From a virus, in the IMG/VR virus record IMGVR_UViG_3300020416_000001, positions 32,001 through 96,000 of that record: a stretch of 64,000 nt of DNA. One strand, given 5' to 3'. A program made the translations under genes and the position numbers. The notes under the pieces were generated by a model that had not been told where the DNA came from, ran no database searches, and saw only the letters and a program-made list of their open reading frames with translations. This document shows positions 62,002-64,000 of the stretch, in pieces; the stretch's first letter is position 1; every line of letters begins with the position of its first letter.

Positions 62002-64000
62002 ATGGCATCTACCCAACTTTCACCAGGGGTCGTTGTACTTGAAAAGGATCTGACAACGGTTGCAAATGCGACCTTAGATAATGTTGCAGTGATAGTCGGT
62101 TCCTTTGAAAAGGGTCCTGTTAACAAAATTGTTGACATTACAAGTGAGAAAGAATTACTTTCTACATTTGGCAGACCAAATGATTTTAACTTCGAATACT
62201 GGTATTCAGCAGCACAGTTTTTATTGTACGGTGGTACATTAAAAGTTATTCGTGCAAACAGTTCTTCTCTTAAGAACGCTATTGACACAGCGCAGACTGT
62301 CGTCACTACATTCTCAGGAGCAGACACTACACTTACAGTCACATCAGCAACGGACTTCGCTACTAGCGATCTGATTCTGATCGACGCAGAAATTTTAAGA
62401 GTTACTAACGTTTCAGGTAATGACCTTACCGTTCAACGTGGACAACTTGCGACAGCAGCAACATCGCACGCTGCAGGCGCGAGCATCACCTTGATCGAAG
62501 AGTCAGGTAATAGCACAACAATGAACCAAGGCGGTACACTCGCTGCAGGTGGTACTTCATTGACTGTTACTTCTGTTGCTTCTCTTGCTGTTTCTATTAA
62601 CGACCACATCTTGATCTCTGACGAGATTCTCAAGGTGACTGGCATTTCAGGTAATGATCTTACTGTTGAGCGTGGTCAGTTGGAAACAACTGCTGCAGCA
62701 CAGACAGATGGTCAAACCGTTAAGCGTTTGGTTGTTACTGCAGGCAAGACAACAATCAATGAACAAACCTCTACTGGCGTAAGTGCTCCTCTTATCAGAA
62801 ACCTCGAAGAGTACGAGGGCAATGTAGAAGGTGCCTCTAACAACTGGAAGTGGGGTGCTAGGTTCCCAGGTCTTTACGGTAACTCACTAAGAGTTGTAAT
62901 GACTGACTGTGGTCCTGACCAAATCCTTTCACTTGCACAACCTACCACTGCTGAGTGGGAATTCGAAACTACAACTGATGTAACCTTTAGCGGTGCTAAT
63001 GCAGGAGCTAAGATCTACAGTTACAAGATCGTAGTTACTATGGATTCCGCATCCATCGCAGGTGACTTTGAGAACGGACAATACTGGAGGGCAGAAACAG
63101 ATGCTTCTTCACCTGTAAGTATTCCTGTTCAAGGTCAAGTGGTTGCATACGATCCTCTTACAAGAAAGATCGAGATTGATGTTAACTACTCACTCTCATC
63201 TGATGTACTTGAGGTTGGCGATGTAGTTGCTCTCTGGAGTGCAGAGACTGGCGGATCAAGAACTGGCGACAAAGGTAAGGTTGAAGCAATCGAAAGACAA
63301 CTTCTTACTATTACTAATCAGTCACAGGAAAGATTCGAAGCAAACTACACACTCTCTGACGACAACGCATCAGGTTCACCTAACGTTAACGTCGCAGCAG
63401 TAAGATCAGAATACGACGAAAGATTCTTCGGCGGAACACAGAAGTGGTCAAACGTTGCTCCTAGACCAGGCACTTCACCTTGGGTTTCAGATCGTGGTGG
63501 TTCTAAAGACCAAATGCACGTTCTTGTCCTTGATGGAGACGGCAAACTTACTGGCACACCTGGAGCAGTTCTTGAGAAGTTCCTCTTTGTATCTAAGTCA
63601 AACGACGCTAAAGGCGTTCAAGGCGAGACTATCTACTACAGAGAAGTTATTAAGAACAGATCACAATTTGTTTTCTGGGGTTCACACGAAACTGGAAGCA
63701 TCTTTGATAGAGATGCAGGTGCTAATGGAGACTTCGGTTCTTCAGGAGTATCAAGACATTTTGACTTGATCAAGCAAGCAGCAGCAATCAAGACAAACGA
63801 AACATCACTTGGTCGCGAGATCATCGGTACATCTGACGGTTCAACTCTTAAGTACAGTCTTCAAGGCGGTACTGACGGATACACCTTACAGAGATCTGAG
63901 ATCCTCGGTTCATATGACCTCGTTGCTGACAAAGAAACCATCGATGTAGATTACATCTTGATGGGTCCTTCAATGGCAGACACTAGCGATACAGTCGCTA
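62002..64000 (+). CDS. gp18: tail sheath protein gp18 (5' part, runs off window)
   Basis: Manual translation MASTQLSPGVVVLEKDLT...FEKGPV...FGRPND.NFEYW.SAAQFL.YGG.L.V.R; later WGARFPG.YGNSLRV, HVLVLDGDGKLTG..G.VLEKF; GGAG RBS; missing from ORF track because there is no stop in window. Confidence 0.95.
   Translation, partial: MASTQLSPGVVVLEKDLTTVANATLDNVAVIVGSFEKGPVNKIVDITSEKELLSTFGRPNDFNFEYWYSAAQFLLYGGTLKVIRANSSSLKNAIDTAQTVVTTFSGADTTLTVTSATDFATSDLILIDAEILRVTNVSGNDLTVQRGQLATAATSHAAGASITLIEESGNSTTMNQGGTLAAGGTSLTVTSVASLAVSINDHILISDEILKVTGISGNDLTVERGQLETTAAAQTDGQTVKRLVVTAGKTTINEQTSTGVSAPLIRNLEEYEGNVEGASNNWKWGARFPGLYGNSLRVVMTDCGPDQILSLAQPTTAEWEFETTTDVTFSGANAGAKIYSYKIVVTMDSASIAGDFENGQYWRAETDASSPVSIPVQGQVVAYDPLTRKIEIDVNYSLSSDVLEVGDVVALWSAETGGSRTGDKGKVEAIERQLLTITNQSQERFEANYTLSDDNASGSPNVNVAAVRSEYDERFFGGTQKWSNVAPRPGTSPWVSDRGGSKDQMHVLVLDGDGKLTGTPGAVLEKFLFVSKSNDAKGVQGETIYYREVIKNRSQFVFWGSHETGSIFDRDAGANGDFGSSGVSRHFDLIKQAAAIKTNETSLGREIIGTSDGSTLKYSLQGGTDGYTLQRSEILGSYDLVADKETIDVDYILMGPSMADTSDTVA

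Noticed and set aside
1-64000. tRNA/rRNA genes, integrase or IS elements, stop-codon reassignment
   Set aside because: No cloverleaf or rRNA-like sequence noticed in the few short intergenic gaps; no transposase or integrase ORF; known genes are full length under the standard code with TAA, TAG and TGA all used as stops

Overview
This window is the virion morphogenesis region of a large T4-like cyanophage (cyanomyovirus of marine Synechococcus/Prochlorococcus type). All credible genes are on the + strand. It opens with small accessory genes (NlpC/P60-like, AbrB-like, 2OG-Fe(II) oxygenase, HNH endonuclease). Next come a 1143-aa structural protein, a PAAR spike tip, gp25, gp6, a giant 6920-aa gp7-type baseplate protein, a YHYH/Ig protein, a gp9/10-like protein, gp8, a VrlC-like protein and a 2088-aa fibre. 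These are followed by gp13-gp16, an accessory island (putative internal head proteins, plastocyanin petE, thermonuclease, small membrane proteins), gp17 and the 5' part of gp18. The most striking observation is that the 6920-aa virion protein contains six (plus one degenerate) alpha-helical units resembling the phycobiliprotein globin core, with Cys at positions matching both bilin-attachment contexts (Cys84-like C-x-[RED]-D and beta-155-like). These units are arranged in a nested architecture. Three other virion proteins carry cupredoxin-like modules with a full His...Cys-x2-His-x2-Met type-1 copper ligand set. Together these suggest a possible pigmented or metal-bearing virion, which is a hypothesis only. 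All assignments come from manual motif recognition and comparison with sequences recalled from memory; no database searches were run.
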